NCBI GenBank assembly: GCA_963764165.1
Contig: CAVXRD010000002.1
Span: forward strand, 2,432,001 to 2,496,000
DNA: 64,000 nucleotides
From: an uncultured Verrucomicrobiae bacterium
Lineage (GTDB): Bacteria > Verrucomicrobiota > Verrucomicrobiia > Limisphaerales > Palsa-1400
Reading direction: 5' to 3'
The notes beneath the pieces are model-generated. The model saw only the letters and a list, made by a program, of their open reading frames with translations. It made no database searches and was not told where the DNA came from. Shown piece after piece: positions 1 through 9,747 of the stretch. The stretch's first letter is position 1, and each line of letters opens with the position of its first letter. Made by a program: the position numbers and the translations under genes.

Positions 1-1
1 A

Positions 2-3000
2 GGCGGGAAGCCGTCCGTTTCCTTTGTTTTGTTCTGGGCTGCGAGCCCGTTTACATCGACCAACCAGGCGACGGGCTCGTCTTCTCCGCTGACAACCTAT
101 TACGACATTCTGAAGGGCCTGCCCAGCGGCACGTATTATTTCGGCGTGGTTGGTTACGATGCGGCGGGCAACGCCAGCCCGCTTTCGGCGCTCGTCTCGG
201 TTGCTTATGACGCTACGCCGCCCGCGTTGACCGTAGCCTTCGGGTCGCCGTCACCGGTGGGTCCGTCCGCGTTGACCGTGACGTTGCAATCAAGCAAGGC
301 ATTGGCGGTTTTGCCCACTTTGACCATCCAACCTTCCGGCGCGACTTCGCCGGTTTTGCTGAGTCTCACGAACGTCGCCCTAAACACATGGCAGGGCGTG
401 TTCACAATTACTCCTGCAACACCGTCCGGTCCCGCTGCGGTGATAGGCAGCGCGCAGGATTTGGCTGGAAATACATTTAACGGCGCTCCCTCCGGGCCGC
501 TGTTGGTCATCGATACGACCCCTCCCACCGCAGCGATCTTCACCATTCCCGTCACACCGATCCAGACCACCAACAGCACCAATGTCACCGTCAATTTGAC
601 GCTCACGAAGTCGGTCGGTGCTGGAACGCTGCCGACTCTGGTTTTCACCCCGCCCGTCGGCACAAACGTGCCGGTGACGCTGGCCGGCGCTGGCAGCAAT
701 TGGAATGGCGGCTTGCTGGTGACGCCATCGATGGGCACTGGCGTTGGGCACTTTACCTTTACCGCCCAAGACTCCCTCGGCAATGTGGGGACGAACATCA
801 CTTTGGGCGGCCAGTTGGAACTCTACGACACTGCTACTGCACCCCCTCCAACTGCGCCGACCAATTTGGCTGCCGTCAGTCTTGCGGGCGGTTATGTGAG
901 CCTGAGTTGGAACATCGCCAGCAACGCGCAAATTTACCGCGTTTACCGTGAGGCGGGAACAAACTTCGGCCAGCCCGTTCTGGTTCTGGATAACATCGTG
1001 AGCAACGGCGTTTTGGATCTGCCACCCGTCGACGGCGCATACAGTTACGGGGTGAGCGCAAGCCGGTTGGGTTCGGAGAGCGGAGTTTCCAATGTCGTCA
1101 TCGGTATTTCCGATCGCACTCCGCCGCCTGCTCCAACGAATGTGGCAGCCGCCTTGGCGGCGAGCGGCGTAAGCATCACCTGGCAGGAGCCAGCCGGAGA
1201 GACACCGGACCATTACGTGGTCTATCGCAATGGCGTCTCCATCGCCTCCGTGGCCTCGATTGCACCCGTCGTGGACTTTCCGCCCACCGGAACAAACACC
1301 TACATCGTGGCGGCAGTGGACGCAGTGGGAAATCAAAACGCCAGTTCCCCCGCAGTGCTCACTTTGCTGGTTGGCCCTGTGGCAAATCTCTCGGTGGTGC
1401 AAACGCCGGGCGAAGCGACCGTCCTGAGCTGGAGCCTCTCCGATCCAAAAACAGCCGGATACAATCTTTATCGCAATGGCGTCAAGCAGAACACCGCAAT
1501 CCTCACCTCGACGAAATACACGGATACGCTACCGCTGTCAGATCTGACCCAATACGGTGTGACCGCCGTCAACGGAAGCGGCCAGGAAAGCCCAGCCCGG
1601 CTGGTGAATGTTGCGCCAGTGTCACTCGGCCTTCTTGTGAACTCCGGCGGATTTGGCAGCAACGGGCCCGTTTCCAGGGATTACTTCGATCAATATCAGG
1701 CCATCATCTCGAATCTCAGTTCCTCCGCCACTCTGCCTGTGTCTAAAATCCAATTGACTCGCGGCATTCACGGCTTGCAGACGCTGGTTGTCGCCCAAAA
1801 CCTTTCGACAAATTTGCCTGCCGGCGGAGTCATGCAACCGCTCGTCACAGTTGCCGAACCCAACGTGCTGGCCGCGCAATCTGTCGAGTTGGTTGTCTCG
1901 GAACAAACCGATAGCGAGGGCAGCAGTGTCAGTTATCAGCAAAATTTCCAATTCTCACCCAGCGGTGTCGCGGTCACTGAAATCGCTGTCACCGCCGATG
2001 CGCTGCCTTTGGCTGGCGGCTTGACGGATTTCCAAGTGCAAGTCTTCAATCGCTCTTATGTTGACATGGAGTTCATCGTCTCCCGCGCCTATGGCGGGCA
2101 GCCCGGGGATTTCTACATTTCTGTGCAGAATAGCCTGGGCCAGGAAGTCAGCCGCACGCCTTACCAAGGCTCGCCGCCCGGCACTACCTTCGGACCGGAT
2201 GGCTCGGGCTATGTGACCATTGGCGCGGGCAGCTCCACCAGTTTCACTGTTCCCGGTGTCCTTGTTCCCGCAGCCATGACGGGAGCAACGAATGTCACCT
2301 TTGAAGCCGTGGCCAGCGTCGTTTACAGCCAGTACGGCACGACCAACCAAGTTGCGGGCGGGCCGCTTTCGGGAACCACGGTTTCTTCCAGTTTGGCCGT
2401 TCCGCCTTATGTCGGCACCGCCAAGACGGACAAATCGACCTACGTGAATGACACGCCGATTCAGATTAGCGGGCAGGCGATCAGCACTTCCACGGGCCTG
2501 CCTGTTCCCAACGCCGCGCTCAACATCGGTTTCGGCGCGGGCGGATTCACCTGGTTCATTCCCGTGACCACCGATGCCAATGGCAACTACCAATATACGT
2601 TCACCCCTCCGCCAGGTTTCGGTGGCAACCTGGATATTTGGGCGGCCAACCCGGCGATCGTAGATCAACTCTACCAAGCCCCCGTCATCGTCTACCGGCT
2701 TTATTGCACCCCAAGTTCGGGCGACATCACCATGTCCAAGAACGACACCGTCAACTTTTCCATTCAACTCCTCAACCCTGGGGACGTGGCCTTGGGAGGT
2801 TTTTCAGTTTCCTGCGCGGCGTATCAGGAATCGGGCACAAATGAGGTGCCGGTTAATACCGTGAGCGGCTCAAGTTCCGGCGCCTCGAGTTTTGCGTTGG
2901 GACCGGGGCAGCGGCAAAGCCTCGAGTTCCAGCTATCCGCCGGGCCGAGCGCGCCGAACACCGTCCTTGTTGTTTACACGATCAGTTCCGCCGCCGGCGC

Positions 3001-4834
3001 CAGCACGACCTTCACGGGCACGGTGACCTTGCTGCCGGCGGTGCCATTGCTCACGGTCACTCAGCCCGATAGCGGCTATCTCCAAGTCAGCGTTAACCGG
3101 GGCCAGCAGTTAAGCGGGCAAGTGACTGTCCAGAATACCGGCCTGAAGGCCCTTCAAGGTGTTACACTGACGCCGCCAACCAACGTCACATGGATGCAAG
3201 TGAATCTGCCGGTGTCCGCCGATGGGCTTATTCACCTTCCCGATTTGGATGTTGGCCAGACTGCGACCTTCGGCGTTGTCTTTTCGCCGCCGACCAATGC
3301 GCCCCTGGCTTTCGTTCAGGACACCATTACCATCCAAGGGACGAATTCGACGACGTCCTTCCCGGTGAATCTATACGCGCTGGTCACCTCCGATTTGACA
3401 GGGGCCGTCCAGTTCTATGTGAATGACTTTCTCGGCGCGGTGGTTCCCAACGCGGCGGTCATCCTTCACAACAATGTGTTGTTCAACCAGCCCTCCACTG
3501 TCTACACCGATACGAATGGGCTGGTCACTGTCACTAACTTGCAGGAAGGCACGTGGAACTGGCAGGTAAACGCCTCTGGTTGTTCCGGCGCCGTCGGGAC
3601 GGTCAATATCGTCTCCGACCAAACTGCGTATCAGCCCGTCACGATGGTGCGAAGCCTGGTTTCCATTACATTTAGCGTCGTCCCTGTTCCCTTCTCCGAT
3701 GTTTATGAAATCCAGGTAAATCAAGTCTTTCAGACGCACGTCCCAGGGGGAGTTTTGGTTCTGGATCCGCCCACGGTGAACTTTTCAAATACTACCGCAG
3801 GCTTCTCCGCCAACTTTACAGTGAACGTTGAGAATTATGGCCTCATCGAGATGACCGGTGTTACACTTCAGTCCTCCCAGAATAACGGTTTCCAAGTCAC
3901 ACCCTTAATCTCTTACATTCCCGTGATCCTTCCCATGCAATCGGTCAGTGTGCCTTTCTCGCTCACCAGCACAAACGCCACTTCCAGCGGGCCTGGGCCG
4001 CATGAGCAGGGCGATTTCGGCCCCTTTGTGCCGATGACCGGGTGTGGCAATGGTGTGCCACCCCAAGTCGCGGCGTTGATGGAGAATTTTGTGAATGGCT
4101 CGACAACGTGTTATTTCGGGAACCCCTACCAAACTGCCGCCGTGGTGATCACAACCTGCTTCGCCCAGATTTTCGGAGCCGATCCGTTGGGGTTGGTGGA
4201 CAGCGCCGCGGAAGGAGCTTTGCTTGGGTCGGCCTTGAGCGCGGCCCTCCAATGTGGCGCACTCGGAGGCGGAGGAGGGGAAATTACCACGAGCGGCGGT
4301 GGAGGTGGTGGAGGTGGAGGCGGGGGCGCCGATGATCCTGATGTGCTCCCACAATCCGGCACCGAAGAAGGCTGCTTCCCCGGCGACACTCTCGTTTTGA
4401 TGGCCGATGGCTCCAGCAAGCCCATCTCAGCCATCCGCATGAACGACGTGGTCCGCAGCGGGCCGAAGCCGGGAAACCTCGCCGTGGTTCGCGGGATTTA
4501 TGGAATGACCGCACCGCGCCAGCGGCAAATTCAATTCAACCGTTCCGGCACCAATGTGCTGCGGCAGGTCGCTGCCACACCCGAGCATCGTTTTTGGCTG
4601 GACGGCAAGGGCTGGGTCTCCGCCGGGAAAATCGCTGTCGGCGATTGGCTCTTTGTTGACACCGGAGAACGCGTGGAAGTCAGCGCCATTCAGGACGTCG
4701 CCGCCAAGGCTCAAGTTTACACCTTGGGGCTTTCAGGCGACGGGGCTTTCTACGCCAACGGCGTCCTGGTTAGCCATTTGTGCGGCAAAATTCCCGGCTA
4801 TTCCGCACTCAAACCGCTGGGGGCGAACCAATGA
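2..4834 (+). CDS. Giant surface/secreted protein (5'-partial): fibronectin-III/Ig-like repeats, carboxypeptidase-regulatory-like domains, Gly-rich linker, C-terminal Hint domain
   Basis: Frame is open from base 2 (GGKPSVSFVLFW...), so the gene starts upstream. FnIII-type motifs (YYFGVVGYDAAGNAS, PTAPTNLAA..LSW..YRVYR, YNLYRNG). Poly-Gly, then G-CFPGDTLVLMADGSSKPI...TPEH...YANGVLVSH (Hint, 4373-4777). Confidence 0.85.
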   Translation, partial: GGKPSVSFVLFWAASPFTSTNQATGSSSPLTTYYDILKGLPSGTYYFGVVGYDAAGNASPLSALVSVAYDATPPALTVAFGSPSPVGPSALTVTLQSSKALAVLPTLTIQPSGATSPVLLSLTNVALNTWQGVFTITPATPSGPAAVIGSAQDLAGNTFNGAPSGPLLVIDTTPPTAAIFTIPVTPIQTTNSTNVTVNLTLTKSVGAGTLPTLVFTPPVGTNVPVTLAGAGSNWNGGLLVTPSMGTGVGHFTFTAQDSLGNVGTNITLGGQLELYDTATAPPPTAPTNLAAVSLAGGYVSLSWNIASNAQIYRVYREAGTNFGQPVLVLDNIVSNGVLDLPPVDGAYSYGVSASRLGSESGVSNVVIGISDRTPPPAPTNVAAALAASGVSITWQEPAGETPDHYVVYRNGVSIASVASIAPVVDFPPTGTNTYIVAAVDAVGNQNASSPAVLTLLVGPVANLSVVQTPGEATVLSWSLSDPKTAGYNLYRNGVKQNTAILTSTKYTDTLPLSDLTQYGVTAVNGSGQESPARLVNVAPVSLGLLVNSGGFGSNGPVSRDYFDQYQAIISNLSSSATLPVSKIQLTRGIHGLQTLVVAQNLSTNLPAGGVMQPLVTVAEPNVLAAQSVELVVSEQTDSEGSSVSYQQNFQFSPSGVAVTEIAVTADALPLAGGLTDFQVQVFNRSYVDMEFIVSRAYGGQPGDFYISVQNSLGQEVSRTPYQGSPPGTTFGPDGSGYVTIGAGSSTSFTVPGVLVPAAMTGATNVTFEAVASVVYSQYGTTNQVAGGPLSGTTVSSSLAVPPYVGTAKTDKSTYVNDTPIQISGQAISTSTGLPVPNAALNIGFGAGGFTWFIPVTTDANGNYQYTFTPPPGFGGNLDIWAANPAIVDQLYQAPVIVYRLYCTPSSGDITMSKNDTVNFSIQLLNPGDVALGGFSVSCAAYQESGTNEVPVNTVSGSSSGASSFALGPGQRQSLEFQLSAGPSAPNTVLVVYTISSAAGASTTFTGTVTLLPAVPLLTVTQPDSGYLQVSVNRGQQLSGQVTVQNTGLKALQGVTLTPPTNVTWMQVNLPVSADGLIHLPDLDVGQTATFGVVFSPPTNAPLAFVQDTITIQGTNSTTSFPVNLYALVTSDLTGAVQFYVNDFLGAVVPNAAVILHNNVLFNQPSTVYTDTNGLVTVTNLQEGTWNWQVNASGCSGAVGTVNIVSDQTAYQPVTMVRSLVSITFSVVPVPFSDVYEIQVNQVFQTHVPGGVLVLDPPTVNFSNTTAGFSANFTVNVENYGLIEMTGVTLQSSQNNGFQVTPLISYIPVILPMQSVSVPFSLTSTNATSSGPGPHEQGDFGPFVPMTGCGNGVPPQVAALMENFVNGSTTCYFGNPYQTAAVVITTCFAQIFGADPLGLVDSAAEGALLGSALSAALQCGALGGGGGEITTSGGGGGGGGGGGADDPDVLPQSGTEEGCFPGDTLVLMADGSSKPISAIRMNDVVRSGPKPGNLAVVRGIYGMTAPRQRQIQFNRSGTNVLRQVAATPEHRFWLDGKGWVSAGKIAVGDWLFVDTGERVEVSAIQDVAAKAQVYTLGLSGDGAFYANGVLVSHLCGKIPGYSALKPLGANQ

Positions 4835-7800
4835 ATACCAAGATGGCACAAATCATTTCGTCCAAACCCATGAACGTTCGCACTCAATGTCGATTTGGTT
4901 CCCTAGGTCGCGGGATTGCGGCCATCGGGCTGATGTTGCTAAGCGCGCTGCTGCCCAAGACGGCGTCCGCCCAAGAGCAATTCCAAGGCCTTTGCTCCGA
5001 AATCAAAATGGAGATTTCGCAGCAACTCACCCTCGAACGGGTCGGATTCCAGGCGACTCTGACCATCACCGACAACGATCCGACGGATCCGATCACCGGT
5101 TTTGCGGCCAACCTGACCTTTGAAAACCCGGCCCTTTCCACCAATGGGACAGTGAATGATTCATCGAGCCTTTTCTTCGTCCAACCCCCGACCCTTCAGG
5201 GCATTTCCGCGATCGACGGCACGGGCGTCATTCAGCCCGGTGAAACCGCTACCATCACTTGGTTCATCATTCCGACGGTCAACGCTGGAGGCACTACACC
5301 GAACGGCACCGTATACAATGTCGGCGGCTCGCTGGGCGGATCTCTGGCGGGCGTGCAGCTTCCCGCCTCCGTGTTAAGTGTCATTCCCGCGCCCATCACG
5401 GTTTATCCAGACGCTCAATTGCAAATCACGTATTTCCAGCCGCGCGACGTGATCGCTGCGAATCCCTTCACGCTCGGTGTTGTGCAAAGCCCGGTTCCAT
5501 TTACCTTCGGCGTTCTGGTTCAGAACGTCGGCTATGGGGCCGCCAACAGCATCACTATCGCTTCGCAGCAACCGCAAATTGTGGAGAATAAACAGAACCT
5601 GCTGATCGTAGCCCAACTGCTCGGCTCGCGTGTGAACGATTCACCGCTCTCCAACGCCGACCTCACGGTCAACCTCGGCAACCTCCAACCCGGGCAGGCC
5701 ACCAAGGGCGCTTGGGACATGATCACGACGCTGTCCGGCACGTTTCTTTCGGTAAGCGCGACCTATACTCACTCGAGCGCTTTGGGCGGCGCGGAAACGT
5801 CGCTTATCAAATCGGTGAATGCGTATCTCTTCCTCCACGAAGTTCTGGATGACCAGCCAGCCCGTGACAGTGTCCGCGATTTTCTGGCCGACACAACCGG
5901 CACGCTGGATAACATTGGCAACCTCATGCCGGATTCCCTTTGGGAAAGCCAGGGAAACGTATTCCCTGTTATTGACGTCACGAATGCGACTGTCATCGGC
6001 TCCAGCCCGGTGCAGGTCACTCTCAACTCCATAAATACTGATTGGACTTACGTCCGGGTCGACGACCCGCAGCAGGCCAAATTGCCCATCGCCAGTGTCG
6101 TCCGCTCAGACAGCAAAGTTCTCAACACGAACAATTATTGGACTAGCATTCATTACGAACCGACGAATAACTTCGAGCACTTCTATCTCAACATATTTGA
6201 CTTGGTAAATCCTGGAACCTACACCTACACCGTGACCTACGGCACGCCGCCGGTGAGCACGAATCCGCCAGTGACCGAGCTGTTGTTTGCCGGCCCGTCC
6301 ACCTTCACCAACGGAGTATATTATGTGACGCCCGCCACCCAGCTCTACTTCCTATCCCAGGATGTCACCCCGGTAAGTATTTTCTACAGCTTGGATGGAG
6401 CCGCGTTTGCGCCGGGTTATCCGTTCACGCTGCCAACGCCCGGTGTCCACCAGATTACCTATTACGCGACCGAAGCAAGCGGCCTTCGCGAGACAAATCA
6501 AACGGCACTGGTAGCGCTTCCCGGTGTCGCTGCTTTGGGATTTGCAAACTTCACTTTGCCCTCCGCGCCGTTCTTCGCTCCCGGCGCGGCACTGTCCGTT
6601 CGTCCGTCCGTTTTGCCCATCACATTCCAGGCCCTCCTTGATCCAATTCCTATCAATGCCGAGGTTGACATATTCCAAGGCGTGGTCGGATGGGCAACGG
6701 TGGCGGGAATTCCATCGTCTCCCACTGCCAGCACCACCGCCAGCCTCGTTATCGGAGGCCAGAACGTGGATTATTACTCTTATCAACTGAACGGAGGAGC
6801 TTGGAGCGCGGACCAACCGGTTGCCACACCGCTAAGTCTGTCCGGCTTGCCGTCTGGCACCAACGTCGTATCGGTTCAGGGCCGTTCCCAATACGGATCC
6901 TACATGAACCCGTCGAACGCAGTTACCGCGTCATGGGTTGTCTCTCCATCCGCGCCGCCGACGCTCGTAACCGGCGCGCCAGCCACACCCACCCAAAGCA
7001 AGCAGGCAGAGCTAATCGTAGGAGGAACGGGAGTGGCTGGTTATAGCTGGACCGTTGACAACAGTTATTATTTCCCGGAAACCCCCGTTTCTACTCCATT
7101 AGTCGTGAGCAATCTGGGAGTTGGCCCGCATGTGCTCAGCGTTATTGGCGATTCTTCACAATTCAGCCAGGGCACCAACGACCCGACTACTGTTGATTGG
7201 ACAGTCAATCCCCTTTACGGCTACGACCAGAGCGCGCTCGTGCCGGTTCAGAGTGTCGACTTCACCAACATTGGCAGCGGCCCGATCACCTATGATTGGA
7301 ATGGCAAGAACACTGCGGGCGTCATCCAAACCCCGGGCTGGTATACCGTGCGAGTGACGTTAACCGATCCGAACGGGGACACGAACTTCGTGATCGGGCT
7401 GGCGCAGATCGAAGGGCTGTCCGGCACCAACGTCGTCCTGGCGGGCACTGTCCGCGGCCCGCAGAGTCCTTTCGCCCGCGGACGCTGGGCTGTCTGGCAG
7501 GACCAAAGCAGCGGCAATTGGGCTGTGTATGCCCAGGATCTTACGCTGAGCAACGCGCCGATTATCCCCGTCAGCGGCAATACGCTGAGCCAGCAGAATC
7601 CCAAAACCGATGGACGTTACGTCGTCTGGCAGGCGCGCCAGACTAACGGGAATTGGGACATCTTTCTCAACGATCTGAGCGGCACCAATGGCCCCGTGGC
7701 GATCACCTCGACGCCCGCCACGGATGAAGTCAGCCCCGCGATTGACTGGCCGTGGTTAGTTTATCAAGCGCGCCCGACTGGCAGCACGACCGCGCCCTGG

Positions 7801-8877
7801 CAGCTCTATGCGCTGAACCTCGCCACCGAGCAAACGATCCACGTCTCTCCGTCGAGCGCGGACGAGATTGCCCCCGATGTCCAAGCTGGCCGTGTCGTCT
7901 GGCAGGATTGGCGAGACGCGGGCCCGGGCGAAGTTTATTTCCAAAACTTGGAGAATAACATTTTCCAGCGCATTACGACGAATACCTTTGGCCAATACAG
8001 CCCGACGATTTACGGCAATTGGATTGCATGGCAGGACAATCGCAACGGAGAGTCGGACATTTACGGGTTCAATTTGTTGTATGGACACGAAGTCCGCATC
8101 ACGAGTGGTCCTGAGGACGACTTGCAACCCCGCTTGGAAGGCCCCTGGCTCATTTACGCCGAGGACTCGCTTGGCGCGGGCACCGGCAATGCCAAACTCA
8201 TCAGTTTGCCCAGCATGATTTCAGTGCCTGTGACGCGGACGCCGACGCTCAAATCCTCGCCAGCCTTGGCCGATGGCCGCGCCGTCTGGCAGGAAACTGT
8301 TAGCAACCAGTCGTCCGTTGTCTCCGCCGCCCTCCCGTCGCTGCAAGCGGTGTTCCAAAACCAGAACACCGTTGCCGTCACACCGGGGATGGTCGCCAAC
8401 GCGCAAAATGCTTTCGGCTTGTTGGCGCTTTGGGGAAGCAACGGCGTCCAATCCGTGACTGCCTACACGGAACTGTTGCCAACGGTTGTCGCACAAACCG
8501 CCTCCATTTCCAACGGAGTGCCGAGCGGCGCGAATTTAAATTTGGTCGCGGGATCGTTCCTTTGGATTCAATTCAACGGCCAGCAAGTGCTTGACCTCGG
8601 AGTCAACAACAGCACGCCGCTGAACTTCGCGGCCGGTGCCAACGTATTTGGCTTCACTGGTTTTCCAGATGCTTACACCGCGTATCAACTCCTGCTGCAG
8701 ATTGGGCTGGGCAATGCGCAATCCGTGCGCATGCTCGACGCCCAATCGGGCCGCTGGCGCGTGGCGCAAGTGAAAGCCGGCGCCTTGGCCGGGGACGACT
8801 TTGCGATTCCGAACGTGGCCGTGCTCATGTTGACTGTCACCAATCCCGTCAATCAATTTGTTCCGCAAGCACAATAA
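4831..8877 (+). CDS. Large secreted protein with Ig-like/FlgD-like domains and a TolB-like beta-propeller repeat region
   Basis: ATG at 4831 overlaps the upstream stop (ATGA). Signal-like segment IAAIGLMLLSALLPKTASA-Q; WNGKN..G...PGWY (FlgD-Ig-like); repeated VWQD/WQDNRNGESDIY propeller blades. Confidence 0.8.
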   Translation: MNTKMAQIISSKPMNVRTQCRFGSLGRGIAAIGLMLLSALLPKTASAQEQFQGLCSEIKMEISQQLTLERVGFQATLTITDNDPTDPITGFAANLTFENPALSTNGTVNDSSSLFFVQPPTLQGISAIDGTGVIQPGETATITWFIIPTVNAGGTTPNGTVYNVGGSLGGSLAGVQLPASVLSVIPAPITVYPDAQLQITYFQPRDVIAANPFTLGVVQSPVPFTFGVLVQNVGYGAANSITIASQQPQIVENKQNLLIVAQLLGSRVNDSPLSNADLTVNLGNLQPGQATKGAWDMITTLSGTFLSVSATYTHSSALGGAETSLIKSVNAYLFLHEVLDDQPARDSVRDFLADTTGTLDNIGNLMPDSLWESQGNVFPVIDVTNATVIGSSPVQVTLNSINTDWTYVRVDDPQQAKLPIASVVRSDSKVLNTNNYWTSIHYEPTNNFEHFYLNIFDLVNPGTYTYTVTYGTPPVSTNPPVTELLFAGPSTFTNGVYYVTPATQLYFLSQDVTPVSIFYSLDGAAFAPGYPFTLPTPGVHQITYYATEASGLRETNQTALVALPGVAALGFANFTLPSAPFFAPGAALSVRPSVLPITFQALLDPIPINAEVDIFQGVVGWATVAGIPSSPTASTTASLVIGGQNVDYYSYQLNGGAWSADQPVATPLSLSGLPSGTNVVSVQGRSQYGSYMNPSNAVTASWVVSPSAPPTLVTGAPATPTQSKQAELIVGGTGVAGYSWTVDNSYYFPETPVSTPLVVSNLGVGPHVLSVIGDSSQFSQGTNDPTTVDWTVNPLYGYDQSALVPVQSVDFTNIGSGPITYDWNGKNTAGVIQTPGWYTVRVTLTDPNGDTNFVIGLAQIEGLSGTNVVLAGTVRGPQSPFARGRWAVWQDQSSGNWAVYAQDLTLSNAPIIPVSGNTLSQQNPKTDGRYVVWQARQTNGNWDIFLNDLSGTNGPVAITSTPATDEVSPAIDWPWLVYQARPTGSTTAPWQLYALNLATEQTIHVSPSSADEIAPDVQAGRVVWQDWRDAGPGEVYFQNLENNIFQRITTNTFGQYSPTIYGNWIAWQDNRNGESDIYGFNLLYGHEVRITSGPEDDLQPRLEGPWLIYAEDSLGAGTGNAKLISLPSMISVPVTRTPTLKSSPALADGRAVWQETVSNQSSVVSAALPSLQAVFQNQNTVAVTPGMVANAQNAFGLLALWGSNGVQSVTAYTELLPTVVAQTASISNGVPSGANLNLVAGSFLWIQFNGQQVLDLGVNNSTPLNFAAGANVFGFTGFPDAYTAYQLLLQIGLGNAQSVRMLDAQSGRWRVAQVKAGALAGDDFAIPNVAVLMLTVTNPVNQFVPQAQ

Positions 8878-8883
8878 AAGAAT

Positions 8884-9660
8884 ATGCATTTCAAATCTCT
8901 TTGCCTTCTTCGTTTGCCTATGTTGTGCGTGCTGGGATGCGGCGCCGCGCTGTCGCTCTCCGCTGCTTCCGTCGCTGACCTCCAGCGCCGGATGGATCAA
9001 AACGAAAAGCTTACCGTCATTGACGTGCGTTCCCCCGCCCTTTTCGCTCGCGGCCACATTCCTGGAGCGATTAACGTCCCCGCCTCCGTCTGCCCGCTGC
9101 GCAGTTTCCCGAAACTTGGAAAAATCGTGGTCTACGGTGGCGGCCTTGGACGCGAGAACGTCGAGGAGGCAGCAAAGGCGCTGGGAGCCAAGCCGGGCAT
9201 CGCCGTTGAAACCCTTGACGGCGGCTACGCCGCGTGGGAAAGCGCGCACGCCATGACCACCGCCACGCGCGGCTTTCATGCGGAGAACCTCAACTACATC
9301 ACTTACGCCGAATTGAAACGGGCCAAGCTCTCGGAGGTTTACCTGGTTGACCTGCGCAAGCCGCACACGAAAGCAGACGCCGGAAGCATCGCGCCCTCTA
9401 CCGCTCCTCTCACTGATTTGAGCGTTGAATTTCCCGGCGCGCACCTCGGCCCATCCGTCCCAGCCCCGTCGGCTGGCTCCGATTCACTGGTTGTCCTGAT
9501 CGACAATGGGGATGGGGAAACAGCGCGTGACGCGGCTCGCAAACTGAAAGCGGGCGGCGCTAAACGCTATGTCATTCTCGTCGGGGGCGAATTGTCGCTG
9601 GCGCGCAAAGGCCAGCCTGGTCTGCAGCGCACAGGTGCTCAAAAAATTTCTCAGCCCTAA
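8884..9660 (+). CDS. Exported rhodanese-like domain protein lacking the active-site Cys
   Basis: VIDVRSP..FARGHIPGAINVP and LDGGYAAW rhodanese signatures; active loop reads VVYGGG; second degenerate domain (LVDLR...VLIDNGDG); N-terminal signal-like peptide. Confidence 0.75.
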   Translation: MHFKSLCLLRLPMLCVLGCGAALSLSAASVADLQRRMDQNEKLTVIDVRSPALFARGHIPGAINVPASVCPLRSFPKLGKIVVYGGGLGRENVEEAAKALGAKPGIAVETLDGGYAAWESAHAMTTATRGFHAENLNYITYAELKRAKLSEVYLVDLRKPHTKADAGSIAPSTAPLTDLSVEFPGAHLGPSVPAPSAGSDSLVVLIDNGDGETARDAARKLKAGGAKRYVILVGGELSLARKGQPGLQRTGAQKISQP

Positions 9661-9679
9661 CCTTTCCCCTTCATCCGGC

Positions 9680-9697
9680 CCGCCAGCGGTCTGGCGG
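9680..9697. terminator. Possible terminator hairpin between convergent genes
   Basis: CCGCCAG-cggt-CTGGCGG perfect 7-bp stem between stops at 9660 (+) and 9748 (-); no clear U-tract. Confidence 0.3.
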
Positions 9698-9747
9698 TCG
9701 CAAGGTCATGTTTTGCGCTTACCGTTTATCGCCTTGCCCGCGTTTTC

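Noticed and set aside
4266..4330. GGC/GGT/GGA simple repeat as a phase-variation tract
   Set aside because: Mixed-codon in-frame poly-Gly linker; slippage would not shift the frame.
4373..4783. Canonical splicing intein
   Set aside because: No terminal Asn/Gln (ends VSH-LC), no endonuclease domain and only an 18-aa tail; treated as a cleavage/transfer-type Hint domain.
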